Source of the DNA: Azolla caroliniana
Lineage: Eukaryota; Plantae; Polypodiophyta
Direction of reading: 5' to 3'
DNA length: 64,000 nucleotides
Assembly: GCA_043228905.1 (NCBI GenBank)
Contig: JBHGNT010000006.1
Coordinates: forward strand, 13,082,001-13,146,000
A program made the position numbers and the translations under genes. Positions 26,901-39,652 of this stretch are shown in pieces. The notes under the pieces were generated by a model, which saw only the letters and a program-made list of their open reading frames with translations, was not told where the DNA came from and searched no databases. How positions within the stretch are numbered: position 1 is the first letter of the stretch; each line of letters opens with the position of its first letter.

Positions 26901-29268
26901 ACTCGAGGATCCGGCCGAAGACGGTGAAGAAACAGAACCGGCCGAAGAAGATGAAAATGATACCGGAACCGGCCCCGATCCCGAAATGGATTCGGATGAA
27001 GAAGAATCGGAAGAACCGGTTACCGAAGCTCCGGAACGGAGATATCCTCTAAGAGAGAGAAGGGCCCCCCGGAGATTTCCGGAACCAGAGCACGTGCTGC
27101 TAACCGACGAGGGGGAGCCGCAGGTGGTTGAGTGCCATGCAGGACGAGATGGATTCCCTGCATGAGAACCACACATATGAACTTGTGGAGTTGCCGAAAG
27201 GAAAGCGGGCACTTCGAAACAAGTGGGTGTTCAAGCTGAAACCGGGAGATGCCGGAAACCCCCCGAGATACAAAGCCAGGATCGTGGTGAAGGGGTTTCA
27301 GCAGAAGAAGGGCGTCGACTTCGACGAGATATTTGCCCCGGTAGTGAAGATGACCTCCATCCGGACGGTGCTGAGCATAGCGGCAAGCATGGACCTCGAG
27401 GTAGAACAGATGGACGTGAAGACGACATTCCTTCACGGTGACCTCGAAGAAGAGATCTACATGCAGCAACCGGAAGGATTCGAGAAGAAAGGGAAGGAGC
27501 ACCTGGTATGCCGGTTGAAGAAGAGCCTTTACGGACTGAAGCAGGCTCCCCGGCATTGGTACCGGAAGTTTGACTCCTTCATGACCGACGAAGGGTACCT
27601 CAAAACGCAGTCCGACCACTGCGTGTTTGTGAAGAAGTTCGAAGGAGGAGACTTTCTAATACTCCTCCTGTACGTGGACGACATGTTGATCGTCGGACGG
27701 GACCAGGTCAATATCCGGATGCTGAAGAAGGCTCTTCACCGAACCTTCTCAATGAAGGACCTGGGTCCGGCGAGACAAATACTAGGGATGCACATCATCC
27801 GGGACCGGAGCAAGAAGCAGTTGTGGCTGTCACAGGAGAAGTACGTGACGAAGGTGCTTCACCGGTTCAACATGTCAGAAGCAAGACCGGTCGGATCGAC
27901 CCTCCCGGCAAACTGCAAGCTGTCCAACAAGCAAAGCCCCAAGACAAAGGCTGAAAAGGAGGATATGATGAAAGTGCCGTATGCCTCAGCCGTCGGGAGC
28001 TTGATGTACGCCATGGTGTGTACGAGACCGGACATAGGATATGCAGTCGGAGTGGTGAGCCGGTACATGAGCAATCCCGGCAAAGAGCATTGGAACGCGG
28101 CCAAGTGGATACTCCGATACCTGAAGGGCACGGCAAACGTGTGCCTCCGATTCGGCTCCGGTAAGCCCGAACTCGACGGCTTCACCGATTCGGATATGTC
28201 GGCTGATGCAGATACCAGCCGGTCCACATCAGGGTATGTGATGACGTATGCAGGGGGAGCTGTTTCATGGCAGTCGAGGCTGCAGAAGACGGTTGCGTTG
28301 TCAACCACGGAGGCGGAGTATATGGCAGCTGTTGAAGCCGGCAAGGAAATAATATGGATGAAGGACTTCATTAGAGAGCTCGGTATCCGGCAGGAGGAGT
28401 ACCGACTCTACTGCGACAGTCAGAGTGCAATCCACCTTGCGAAGAACGCGGCCTATCACTCCCGGACGAAGCACATCCAGCGAAGATATCACTGGATCCG
28501 GGAAAGGATAGAAGACAAGGAGTTCGTGCTGACAAAGATCCACACGGACGAGAACGGGTCGGATATGCTGACCAAGGTGCTCACACCCGACAAGCTGGAA
28601 GCATGCCGGAAGAGGATCGGATTGGAAAGACATCCCATGCCGAAGTGAAGGGGGAGTTTGTTGGGATTACGGTCCCTTCGAATGGGATGGTCGGATGTCG
28701 GAGATGAATGCCGACGAGCCCGGTTTCGGTTTCGGAACCGGATGATGAAGACCCCGGCTTCGGAGCCGGATGACGAATGTACCCGGAGAGCGATCCGGAT
28801 GCAGGGACATATCCGTGAATATGTTTGCTATGGGCCCCTGAGGCTATAGTTGTAAATAGCCCCAAAGTCATATATGTATAAATATGACTTAGGGCAAACT
28901 GTTTTAGTGTTGCTCATTATTTTTCTGTTTTTCCACTCAAGAGGAGTGAAGAGGGAGCAGCCGTGAGAGAGAGAGAGAGAGAGAGCGTGAGAGAGGAAGA
29001 GGACGACGCCTCTGTGTATTTCCGCCGCCTGTGGCGAGGACAGCGAGCTCAAGGTCGTCGCCTTGCAGCTCGCCATTGTATACTTCTCTTTGTATAGTGT
29101 TGGTTTGGAGTCTTGTACTCCCGTGGTTTTTCCCATCTAGGGTTTTCCACGTTAATCCCTGTGTATTCGTGTGTTTCTCTCTGTGGTTCCTATTTTCTGC
29201 TACATTGATTCGCGATTACTTGGTTGTGGCCGAGCGGTGAAGGTGAATCGGAGCGTCGATTCCTAACA
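23971..29268 (+). mobile_element. Full-length young Ty1/copia element, family A (Tnt1/Tork-like)
   Basis: LTRs 23971-24582 and 28659-29268 are nearly identical. PBS TGGTATCAGAGC 24586-24597, PPT GAAGGGGGAG 28647-28656, TSD GAAGG. Confidence 0.97.
24613..28648 (+). pseudogene. gag-pol: Copia A gag-pol (Gag, CCHC, protease, integrase, RT, RNase H) with 3 lesions
   Basis: CFHCGKPGHFRKNC, WVVDSGAS, LVHTDVC, RADNGGEY, LYVDD, HSRTKHIQRRYH. Lesions: TAG at 24661, TGA at 26665, ~38-bp frameshifting deletion at ~27120. Confidence 0.95.
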
Positions 29269-29411
29269 GAAGGCTCATTTATGAGCAGTCAAGTACTGTC
29301 AGTACTTGTGTCAACCCGATAGTCATGGCTTGTATAAAAGGTGCTCACTGAGCACCAAGCATGTACAGAGAGAACATACAAAGAATTATTTTTGAATATA
29401 GTTTTGTATTT

Positions 29412-29446
<35 letters not shown>

Positions 29447-30260
29447 TCTGTGATTTCTGGGTTTTACGGAACTATCGTACTTCCGAACCGTGTACTCTAT
29501 GCTCTTATGCATACGCTTCCGCACACGTATTCTTTTACATTATCTTTATCGGCAACTCGCGCAAGATGTATTGGTCAATCATTTAAAAGACACATTCCTT
29601 GGCGGACTCCGGGAACCTTTGCGAACAACTCTCGCCTTGAGCGATTTTTCACAACAGACCATTGAGCAGGTGGTCGCTCGCGTCCTAGCTCTGGATAAAG
29701 CACAACATAGCACTTCTTTCTCAATGGGCTCTCTCCAAAATGCCTTGCTGACTAATGAAGAAACCCAGTTTTGGCAGGATCTTCAATGTACAATGTGCTT
29801 GAACTCTGGCCACTCGGCCGTGGATTACCCTCTTCATCCCCACTGCCCGATCTGCCATTCTCGAGTACATACGGTCAAACAATGTGAATACAACATGCTC
29901 AATCGTACATCCTCTGTGACTGTACGACAAATCAAACCATGCCACAATCGCCGTCAACAGGATGATCGTCCTCTACCTCGGAATCGTGACACTGAGTGGC
30001 CCTGGTATGATGATCGGTATCACCGTGACGAAGGATACTGACCCAAGCCAAATCATTATCGTCGGGATAATCGGAACCGGTCCGAGGAGCCGCATTACCG
30101 GCTAGACAATCGGCCTCGACCCGAGGACGACCGCCACCGATATTGCGAGGACCGCTATCAATCAGACAACGACTATTACCGATATGATTACGATCGGGAC
30201 ACCTACTATGAACCGAGATATCAACCACACAATCGACGACCTCCCCATAACAATCGCGGT

Positions 30261-33200
30261 CGTGACATTCATAGATGACCACAGCCGGAAGCTGTGGGCC
30301 ACACCGTTGAAGACGAAAGATCAGGTGCTATCCGTCTTCAAAGAGCTCCACGCGAGAGTGGAAAGAGAAACCGGCCGGAAGCTGAACGCGGTTCGAGCAG
30401 ATAACGGAGGAGAATACCGGGGGCAGTTCGAGGAGTACTGCCGCTCGAAGGGAATCCGGCCCGAATTTACCGTGCCGAAGACACCGGAACTAAACGGGCT
30501 TGTCGAGAGGATGAACCGGACCATAATGAAGAGGGTCCGGAGAATGCTGGTGCATGCAAAACTACCCAAGAAGTTTTGGGCTAAGGCACTGTCGACGGCG
30601 ACATTTGTGATAAACAGATCACCCTCAGTACCCTTGAACGGAGACACACCACAGAGAGTCTGGACCGGTAAGGAAGTATCCTACTGGCATCTGAAGGTAT
30701 TCGGGTGTCTCGCGTACATGCATGTAGCTAAGGACCGGAGAGGAAAGTTAGATCCAAAGACCCGGCCATGCATATTCCTCGGTTACGGTGACGATGAGTT
30801 CGGCTACCGAGTGTGGGACCTGGTCGACAAGAAGGTATTCCGGAGCCGAGATATTATCTTCATGGAGGACAAGACGCTTGCCGACTGGGAGTCGGAGAAG
30901 AAGATAATGAACTCCGAGTCGACCGGTAAGGATAGACTCTACAATGAACAGACCCAACCGGCAAGAGACCGGTTAGCACTCGAGGAGCTAGCCGGTTACG
31001 GTGAGGATATCGAACCGGCAGAAGAAGAAGTAGAGGAAGCTGAAACTGGAACCGGCCAAGACCCCGAATCAGATTCGGATGAAGAGCAAATAAAGGAGCC
31101 GGTTACCAAAGCCCAGAGACGGAGATATCCTCTAAGAGAGAGAAGGGCCCCCCGGAGATTTCCAGATGCAAAGCATGTGCTGCTAACCGATGAGGGGGAG
31201 CCAGAAAGCTTCGAAGAAGCGAAGGATGACACCCACGGTCGCAAATGGTTAAGTGCCATGCAGGATGAGATGGATTCCCTGCATGAGAACCATACGTACG
31301 AATTGGTGGAGTTGCCGAAAGGAAAGTGGGCACTCCGAAACAAGTGGGTGTACAAGTTGAAACCGGGAGATGCCGGCAACCCTCCGAGATACAAAGCCAG
31401 GATCGTGGTGAAGGGGTTCTAGCAGAAGAAGGGCGTGGACTTCGACGAGATATTTGCCCCGGTAGTAAAGATGACCTCCATCCGGACGGTGCTCAGTATA
31501 GCGGCAACCATGGACCTCGAGGTAGAGCAGTTAGACGTGAAGACGGCATTCCTTCACGGTGACCTCGAAGAGGAGATCTACATGCAACAACTGGAAGGAT
31601 TCGTGGAGAAAGGGAAGGAGCACTTGGTTTTCCGGTTGAAGAAGAGCCTGTACGGACTGAAGCAGGCTCCCCGACAATGGTACCGAAAGTTTGACTCCTT
31701 CATGACCGATCAAGGGTACCACAAGACGCAAGCCGATCATTCTGTGTTTGTGAAGAAGTTCGAAGGAGGCGACTTCCTGATACTCCTTCTGTACGTGGAC
31801 GACATGTTGATCGTTGGATGGGACCAAGTCAAAATACGGATTCTGAAGAAGGCCCTCAACTAGACCTTCTCAATGAAAGACTTGGGTCCGGCAAGACAGA
31901 TGTTGGGGATGCATATTATCAGGAACCCGCCAGCAAAGCAATTATGGCTGGTACGTGACAAAGGTGCTTCACCGGTTCAACATGTCAGATGTGAAACCGG
32001 TCAGATCGACACTTCCGGCAAACTGCCGATTATCCGGTAAGCAAAGCCCGAAGACGAAAGCAAAGAAGGCGGATATGATGAAGATTCCATATGCCTCTGC
32101 CGTCGGGAGCTTAATGTACACAGTGGTTTGTACCCGACCGGATATAGGATACGCAGTCGGAGTGGTGAGCCGGTTTATGAGCAATCCCGGCAAGGAGCAC
32201 TGGAACGCGGTCAAATGGATACTCCGGTATTTGAAGGGCACTTCAAATATGTGTCTCTGATTCGGCTCCGGAAAACCTCAATTTGACGGTTTCACAGATT
32301 CAAACAGGTCGGCTGATGTGGATACCAGCCGGTCTACATCCGGGTATGTAATGACATATGCACGGGGAGCTGTTTCATGGCAGTTGAGGCTACAGAAGAC
32401 AGTTGCATTGTCAACCACGGAGACGGAGTACATGGCAGTTGTGGAAGCCGGCAAGGAAATATTATGGATGAAGGACATCATCGGAGAGCTCGGTATCCGG
32501 CAAGATGAATAACGACTCTATTGCGACAGTCAAAGTGCCATCCATCTTGCTAAGAATGCGGCCTATCATTCCCGGACGAAGCATATCCAGCGAAGATATC
32601 ACTGGATCCGGGAAAGAGTAGATGACCAGGAGTTCGCGCTGATGAAGATCCACACGGCCGAGAACGGGTCAGATATGCTGACCAAAGTGTTGATACCCGA
32701 CAAGCTGGATGCATGCCGGAAGAGAATTGGATTGGTAAGACACCACATGCCGGAGTGAAGGGGGAGTTTGTTGGGAGACAGGTCCCTCCGGATGGGAAGG
32801 GAGAAGAACAGTGCTGATGAACAAACTCCCCATGCCGGAGTGAAGGTGCAGACTCGGTGAGAACCGGATGACGAGTACCGGGCTACGGAGAGTCGGATGG
32901 TGCAGACCCGGTGAGAACCGAATGAGGAGTACCCGGCTACGGAGAGCTGGATGGTGCAGACCCGGTGAGAACCGGATGAGGAGTACCCGGCTACGGAGAG
33001 CCGGATGTCGGTGAGATCCAGATGAAGAGACATATTCGTAAATATGTTTCTAAGAGTCCATCGTGGCTATATTTGTAAATAGCCGAAAAGTCATATTAGT
33101 ATAAATATGACTTAGGGCAAACTTTTAGTAGTAGTTGTCATTCTTGTTGGTGCAAGGAGAGAGAGAGAGCGTAACTGTGTACAGAGAGAGAGAGAGAGAG

Positions 33201-33474
33201 AAAGAGGTTGTTGCCTCTGTTGTAACCGCCGCCTGTGGCGAGGATCGTGAGCACGAGGTCGTTGCCTCCGTGAACTCACTGTTGTACATTCTAACATAGT
33301 GATAGTTTGCAGCCTGTGGGCTACCGTGGTTTTTCCCTTAGTTTGGGTTTTCCACGTAAACATCCTGCGTACTCGTCTCTTCTTCGTGTCGTTCATTATT
33401 TCCCGTTTTCTGTGTATGATTCTAAGCTCGGTTGTGGCCGAGCATTGCGTATAGGGAGTGTGCAGTTCCCGTCA
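30261..33474 (+). mobile_element. 5'-deleted copia A-related element (INT-RT-RH) with 3' LTR 32769-33474
   Basis: Begins abruptly at VTFIDDHSRKLW and is highly similar to 26186-28648. PPT GAAGGGGGAG; LTR TGTTGGGA...TTCCCGTCA with three 54-bp repeats. Confidence 0.9.
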
Positions 33475-36275
33475 ACACGGTGGCATCTTTAACAACAGGC
33501 AATGAGCTAAAAACCTTGCTAGTACACCTTATCGAGCCAAGGGCCGGCCCACCATTAATGGACTCCCAGAACCCCACGGTTAAGCTCGTGATCAAAGGGT
33601 GGGTTGTGTTGTCGATGGTGGCTCAGGAGTCAACGTCATCAGTGATTCCACATGCCACGACCTTGGCATCACCCAATGGGAGCCATGTCCGTTTTGGCTC
33701 CGAATGGCGGATACCCGCTCGGTTCGACCGATGGGTTTAATTTAGCAGCTTGATTTTTTTCTAGGAGGCCACACATTCATGATTTCGGCAATGGTATTAC
33801 AACTCAACGCTCCTGGCGCTTACTCGTTGTTGCTTAGACGCCCTTGGTTATGCATGGCCAATATTAAGTAGCATTGGAGCGAAAATCTCATTCCGACGCG
33901 GGAATACCAAGGTTCGGGTCGTCAAGGAGGAAAGGATCTCTACTCCACAAGACACCGCTCCATTATATGCAAAAGGTGTCGACATGCTTGATGGATTCAC
34001 CAAAGAGGAAGTTGACCACTTCCTAGAGGAACACCCAACGATTGTTCCCCTATTTGAAATTGATGTCATCACAGCCGTTGGACCTTATGTTTTCGAGCCG
34101 GCCACCGAAGAGGAAGATATCCACCATGAACCTAATCCGAAGTCCATTGAGGAATTACGGCATGCATGCGACGCTCTTAAATGTGAACTAGCTATTTCTC
34201 AATGAGTAAAGGCATCCACACTAGAGGAGATCAACCTCAGCTCCCCCACCGATCCACACACCCTAAAAATTGCAAAGGAACTGGCTTCCGATGAACATTC
34301 AACATTGGTTGGGCTGCTCACGGAATACCAAGATGTGTTCGCCTGGTCGTACAACGACATGAAGGGGTTAGATCCTCAATACTATCAGCACCAGATTCAT
34401 CTACAACATGGCGCACGACTTGAACAACAACGCCACTACCGAATGAACCCCAATTACGTCGCGCAAGTAAAGGAGGAAATCAACAAACTCCTCCGAGTGG
34501 GGTTCATTCGGCCAATGAAACGGGCAACACGGTTAAGCCCTATCGTCATTGTTCCAAAGAAAAATGGATAAATACGGGTTTATGTCGACTACCGCAAGCT
34601 GAATGCCGCAACTGTCACAGATGCATTTCCTCTTTCGTTTACGGATGGGGTGCTCGACGCGGTGGCATGTCATGAATGTTATAGTTTTTTAGATGGGATC
34701 AGCGGGTACAATCAGATCCATATGCACCCTGATGACCAAGAGAAGTCCGCATTCGTAACCGAATGGGGTGTTTTCATGGCAGTCGTCATGATGTCCATAT
34801 TGAAAACAACATCAGTCACTTTCCAGTGAATTACCGCCGATATTTTTTGGACAATTACATTCTGGCCTTCATGCAAGTCTTTTTGCACAATTTTGTTGTG
34901 TATGGCCATGAGCTTGAGCATCTCGCCCACTAACGCCTCTGTCTCAATCGATGCCACCAAGCTCCGCTAAGCTTAAACCCTGCCAAATGTGCATTTTACA
35001 TTTCGAGCGGCACTCTACTCGGACACATTGTCAGCCGCAAAGGGAATGCTATGGATCCCGACAAAGTTTGGGCCATATTGAATTCCCCGGCTCCAACCAC
35101 ACCAAAAGCTCTCAACTAATTTTTGGGACAAATCAGGTGGCACAATTGAATGTTGTGTTACCTAGACGAGTTTGTGACACCATTGCACGTGGCGGTACAT
35201 TGGGTTCCATTTCAATGGTCAACAACGGAAGAAGATTCTTACATATCCCTCAAGGTGATGCTATTGCATACACCGATGGTGCAACCTCCCAACTGGTCAG
35301 AACCTTTCCACGTTTTCATTGACATGTCCGGTGTGGCCATCGGGAGTGCCTGTCACAAACGGGTGGAATGAGGCTAAGTACTAAGAGAGAGTGAGCGCAT
35401 AAGCAAGACCACAAGATTGTCAAGGACAAGTAGACGAGGCTCAATATTAAGAGATAGTGGGAGAGAGAGCTTAGACAAGAGAACAAGCAAGAGAGAGAGA
35501 ATAGACAAAACACGTTCGCGTTCACATGTGGAAGGATAAGGAATATTCCGTTTGATTTTGGGGTTTTTTTTTGCCATTTCACAAAACACCTTGATACTGG
35601 TATCACATGTTCTCTAAAACTTGATGGAAAAAGTTGAAAATTTCACCATTTGGTAAAATTGAAAAATGCCAAATTTTGGTCAAATACGAAAAATAACTTT
35701 GTGTATTTTTAAAGAAAAATGACAACTAATAAGTTTTTAGATCTTAAAGAAATCAAAACCAGAGGATTTCAAAACAATGAACGTTTTTATTTCATTCAAT
35801 AAAATGTTGTCTAAATTTGTTACACATAGTTGCACAACAAATACATTTGGGTTGTGTGCAGTAAATCTTCTTCACCTTCAATCTAAGATATCTTCTAGAC
35901 TTGGTAATATCTCTTTTATTATGTATATCATTGTTGTCCTTAAACATCCAACTTTTGTCAGTGTAAAGTCATACACAATGATATCCACCCAACTGATGTC
36001 AATGATAGATGTATTACAAAGGTTTAATGCATCATCACGTCCAAAACTTTACCAATGCAGAATTGGTACCCTAGCTCATGGCCATCTACATGTGTAGTTA
36101 TTAATATCCCCACCTTGAGTTCTTCCAAGTTTCCTTGTCACCTGAGTTATGCTCGTGTTGTCATCCTTTGTTCCACATAAATGTTTCTCTGTTGTAGATG
36201 AACCAAACTATGAAGATCAACATCAAGTGCTTGAAGTGGTCATTGAGAACCACGAGAATACTTTATAGACCATGA

Positions 36276-37682
36276 AAATGACATTTGCAAGGTTCAATTA
36301 CCATCAACACAATTATTAATGGTTTTTTGTTAATCAATGATGCACATGTTCACCGTAAGGTATCTTGTTATGCAACATACATCTTTGCAATATCGATATG
36401 CATAATTTTCTCTTGTAAAAACATAGATTTCACTATAATTTGAGTTCATGTTTAAAAAACCTCTTTTATTTGAAACACAAGAAGATTTTTAAACATGAAC
36501 TCCATATGTTGTATCGAGTTGATGTAAAAAACAGAGTTTTGATCATAATTCTATACAATGTATTGAATTCATGTTTAAAGTTTTTTTTACCGGATTTAAA
36601 ATAATTTAATAATAATAAGTTGAGCTTGAGTTCATATAAATACCAGATTTTTCATCACAATTCGATACAATGTATCGAGTTCATGTTTAAAGTATATTTT
36701 TCTAAATTTTTTTCAATTTTTTTTTATTTTTTTCAATTTGTTTTATAGAAAAATAATAATTTTAAACATGAATTTGATACATTGTATCGACTTGTGATGT
36801 AAACTCTAGTTTTTTCATCATTTATTACAGCTCAAAAAAAAATTCAAAAAAAATAACAAAAAACCAAAATAAATAGAAAAAAAAGCAATTTTTTTAAAAA
36901 ACCCAAAAAAAAAAAGCTTTAAACAAGTTACCTTTTCAACACGAACTCGATACATTGTATCAAGTAAATCGACTTTTCTACACGAACTCGATACATTTTA
37001 TTGAGTTCATGTTGAAAATCTAACTTTTTGACATGAACTGGATACAATGTATCGAGTTCATGTTTAAAGCTTTATTTTGAGGTTTTTAAAAAAATTGCTT
37101 TTTTTCTATTTATTTTGGTTTTTTGTTTTTTCTTTTGAGCTTTAATAAATGATGAAAAAACCAGATTTTTTATCACAAGTCGATACAATGTATCGAATTC
37201 ATGTTTAAAATTATTTTTTTCCATAAATAAAATTGAAAAAAATTGAAAAAAAAATTAGAAAAATATACTTTAAACATGAACTCGATACATTGTATCGAAT
37301 TATGATGAAAAATCTGGTTTTTATATGAACTCAAGCTCAACTATTATTATTAATATTTTTTAAATCTAGTAAAAAAAACTTTGAACACGAATTCCGTACA
37401 TTGTATGGAATTATGATCAAAACTCTGTTTTTTACATCAACTCGGTACAACATATCGAGTTCATATTTAAAAACTTCTTGTTTTTCAAATAAACGAGGTT
37501 TTTTAAACATGAACTCAAATTATACTGAAATCTATGTTTTTACAAGTGAAAAAGATACATATCAATACTGCAAAGATGTATGTTGCACAACAAGATACCT
37601 TATGGTGAACATGTGCTTCATTGATTAGCAAAAAAACATTAATAATTGTATTGATGGTAATTGAACTTCGCAAATGCCATTT
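36276..37682. repeat. 1.4-kb foldback inverted repeat built from a palindromic unit
   Basis: Arm ~36276-36925 is the reverse complement of ~37062-37682. About 12 copies of CATGAACTCGATACA(T/A)TGTATCGAGTTCATG. Confidence 0.9.
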
Positions 37683-38194
37683 ACTTCACAAATTTTGTAG
37701 GGGAATTCTCAAAAGAAAGAAGAGGATAACATTGTAGATACCCTGATAACTGTGTGATATGTTCAAATTGATATATTAATGTTCACATCTAAAGTTTGAC
37801 AGTTTTGACAGTTTATGAATATCATCTACATTTTAGGAGTTGTGGATTTATCAAAATTGTTTATGAATATTGTCTACATTTCTTGCGTTGTGAATTTATC
37901 GATGTTAATGAGCACTAAATTTATAGATGATGACATTAAGTATTGCAATGTTACCTCTTATACTTAAAACATTTTCAAGTCTAACAAAAGATGTAATCTT
38001 AATCTCATCAAGACGGTGAAACCATTAATCTTAACTTGTGCCTTGAGTTAACCATTGTGATTTTCTTTAAGTTAACTACATTAAGGCTTCTAGAGAGTGC
38101 ATGAATATGCATTCTCTAGAAGGTTCTTGAAAGTTCTAGTGATCAATCTATAATGCAATAAGTTGAATCTTATACAATACAGTAATGCATAGAT

Positions 38195-38263
38195 GGATGT
38201 AGCTCAACTAGCAAGGTTGCCCAATAAGACCATAAGGTCATGGGTTCAACCTCCACCATTCCA
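38195..38263 (+). pseudogene. Degenerate tRNA-like / tRNA-derived sequence inside the chromovirus LTR
   Basis: A-box-like TAGCTCAACTAG, B-box-like GGGTTCAACC at tRNA spacing, ends in CCA. Anticodon arm is not recognisable. Confidence 0.55.
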
Positions 38264-38341
38264 TGTGGCATCCTCTCTATGACATTATCCTCCCTCTAAG
38301 GCCACCTCCTAGGACTTGCACTTGGTTTTTGTGGATAACGT

Positions 38342-39652
38342 TCATGAAATGCTCGAACTATGTTCGGCGCATGCTTGAGATGATGTGCCGGCTCCCATGA
38401 TGCTTCGGAGATCGGGTACCCTTTCTAGATAGAGGACAAGGTATTGAAGTTGGTGATGGAAGAGATGAGAGTCGAGAATTTGGTCGACCTCATATTCTTC
38501 TCTGGTTGAGAGCTGGATTGGTGATGGAGGAGATGGAGGAGATGGGTTTCGATTAGGGATTTCAGATTTATGGTGAGGTTCCAAAAGGGAGACATGGAAT
38601 ACATTATGAATACGGAAGTGGGATGGCAGCTCTAAGAGGATAGCCATGGAACCAATTTTCTCGATGATTCGGAAAGGGCCTAACTTCTTGTAATTCAGCT
38701 TCGGACAAGGATGAGTGATGGCAATATTGCGACGGAGAAGCCAAACAAAGTCACCTACCTCAAACCGGGGAGCATCTAAGCGAAGACGGTTAGCTTGCTC
38801 CTTGTAGCGTTCACCAGCAAGGGTGTGTTCCAAGGAAAGATCGCGATGTACATCCTCCAAGAGACATGTCTGGTCCTCCGCAGAAGGTTTGACAGAGTCA
38901 TAGGGAAGCGAAATGTTGAAGCAGGGGTGGAGACCATAGTTTGCGAAAAATGGAGTAATTCTCGTAGATGCATGCAGAGAGTTGTTGTAGGCGAACTCGG
39001 CAAGTGGAAGAAGGTCAGCCCAGTAGTTGTCTTGTTGGTAACTAAGAGAGCACCGCAAGTATTGTTCCAACATTTGGTTAACCCACTCCGTTTGTCCATC
39101 GGTTTGCGGATGATAGGTGGAAGACAGATTCACAGTACAACCGAATGTTTGCAGAAGGTGCCGTAAGAAATTGGAAACAAATTCTGGTCCTCGATCAAAA
39201 GTGATATCGTCTAGGAGTCGATGTAGTCGAACCACATTTTTGAAAAACAAATCGGTTGTCTCCTCTCCGGTAATGGTTTTGGCACAAGGAGCAAAATGAG
39301 CCATCTTGGTAAAGCGATCGACCATGACGAATACTGATTCATAACCACCAACAAAGGGAAGGTCAGTGATGAAATCCATGGAAAGAGAGGCCCAAGGCCA
39401 TTTGGGGATTGGGAAAGGGTGAAGGAGACCATATGGTCGATGATGAGATGCTTTAGAGCGAGCACATACGTCGCAAGACTTAACAAACTCTTTGACCAAT
39501 TTCCATGGTTGTGGCCACCAATATCCCTGAGATATCAACTCCGAGGTTTTTGCAATGCCAAAATGACCAGCAAGTGGATCATCGTGACACTCGTGAAGCA
39601 CCCTCGTCCGACAATGACCTTCTAGGACATACAAAAGATTATCTTGAAACAA
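38342..39652 (-). CDS. pol: Chromoviral integrase with GPY/F motif and chromodomain (frameshifted end)
   Basis: HECHDDPLAGHFG, CDVC, SMDFITDLP, DRFTKMAHF, HPQTDGQTE, GPFRI, EEYEVDQILDS. Confidence 0.92.
   Translation of the reverse strand: MFQDNLLYVLEGHCRTRVLHECHDDPLAGHFGIAKTSELISQGYWWPQPWKLVKEFVKSCDVCARSKASHHRPYGLLHPFPIPKWPWASLSMDFITDLPFVGGYESVFVMVDRFTKMAHFAPCAKTITGEETTDLFFKNVVRLHRLLDDITFDRGPEFVSNFLRHLLQTFGCTVNLSSTYHPQTDGQTEWVNQMLEQYLRCSLSYQQDNYWADLLPLAEFAYNNSLHASTRITPFFANYGLHPCFNISLPYDSVKPSAEDQTCLLEDVHRDLSLEHTLAGERYKEQANRLRLDAPRFEVGDFVWLLRRNIAITHPCPKLNYKKLGPFRIIEKIGSMAILLELPSHFRIHNVFHVSLLEPHHKSEIPNRNPSPPSPPSPIQLSTREEYEVDQILDSHLFHHQLQYLVLYLERVPDLRSIMGAGTSSQACAEHSSSIS

Larger units (their letters stand above)
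21128..29470 (+). mobile_element. Copia B element B2 (gag fragment, RT-RH, 3' extension, split 3' LTR 23810-23970 + 29274-~29470)
   Basis: Gag 21128-21480, LYVDD ~21710, ORF 21789-22685. Interrupted by a solo LTR (22711-23314) and by the full copia A element (23971-29268). Confidence 0.82.
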
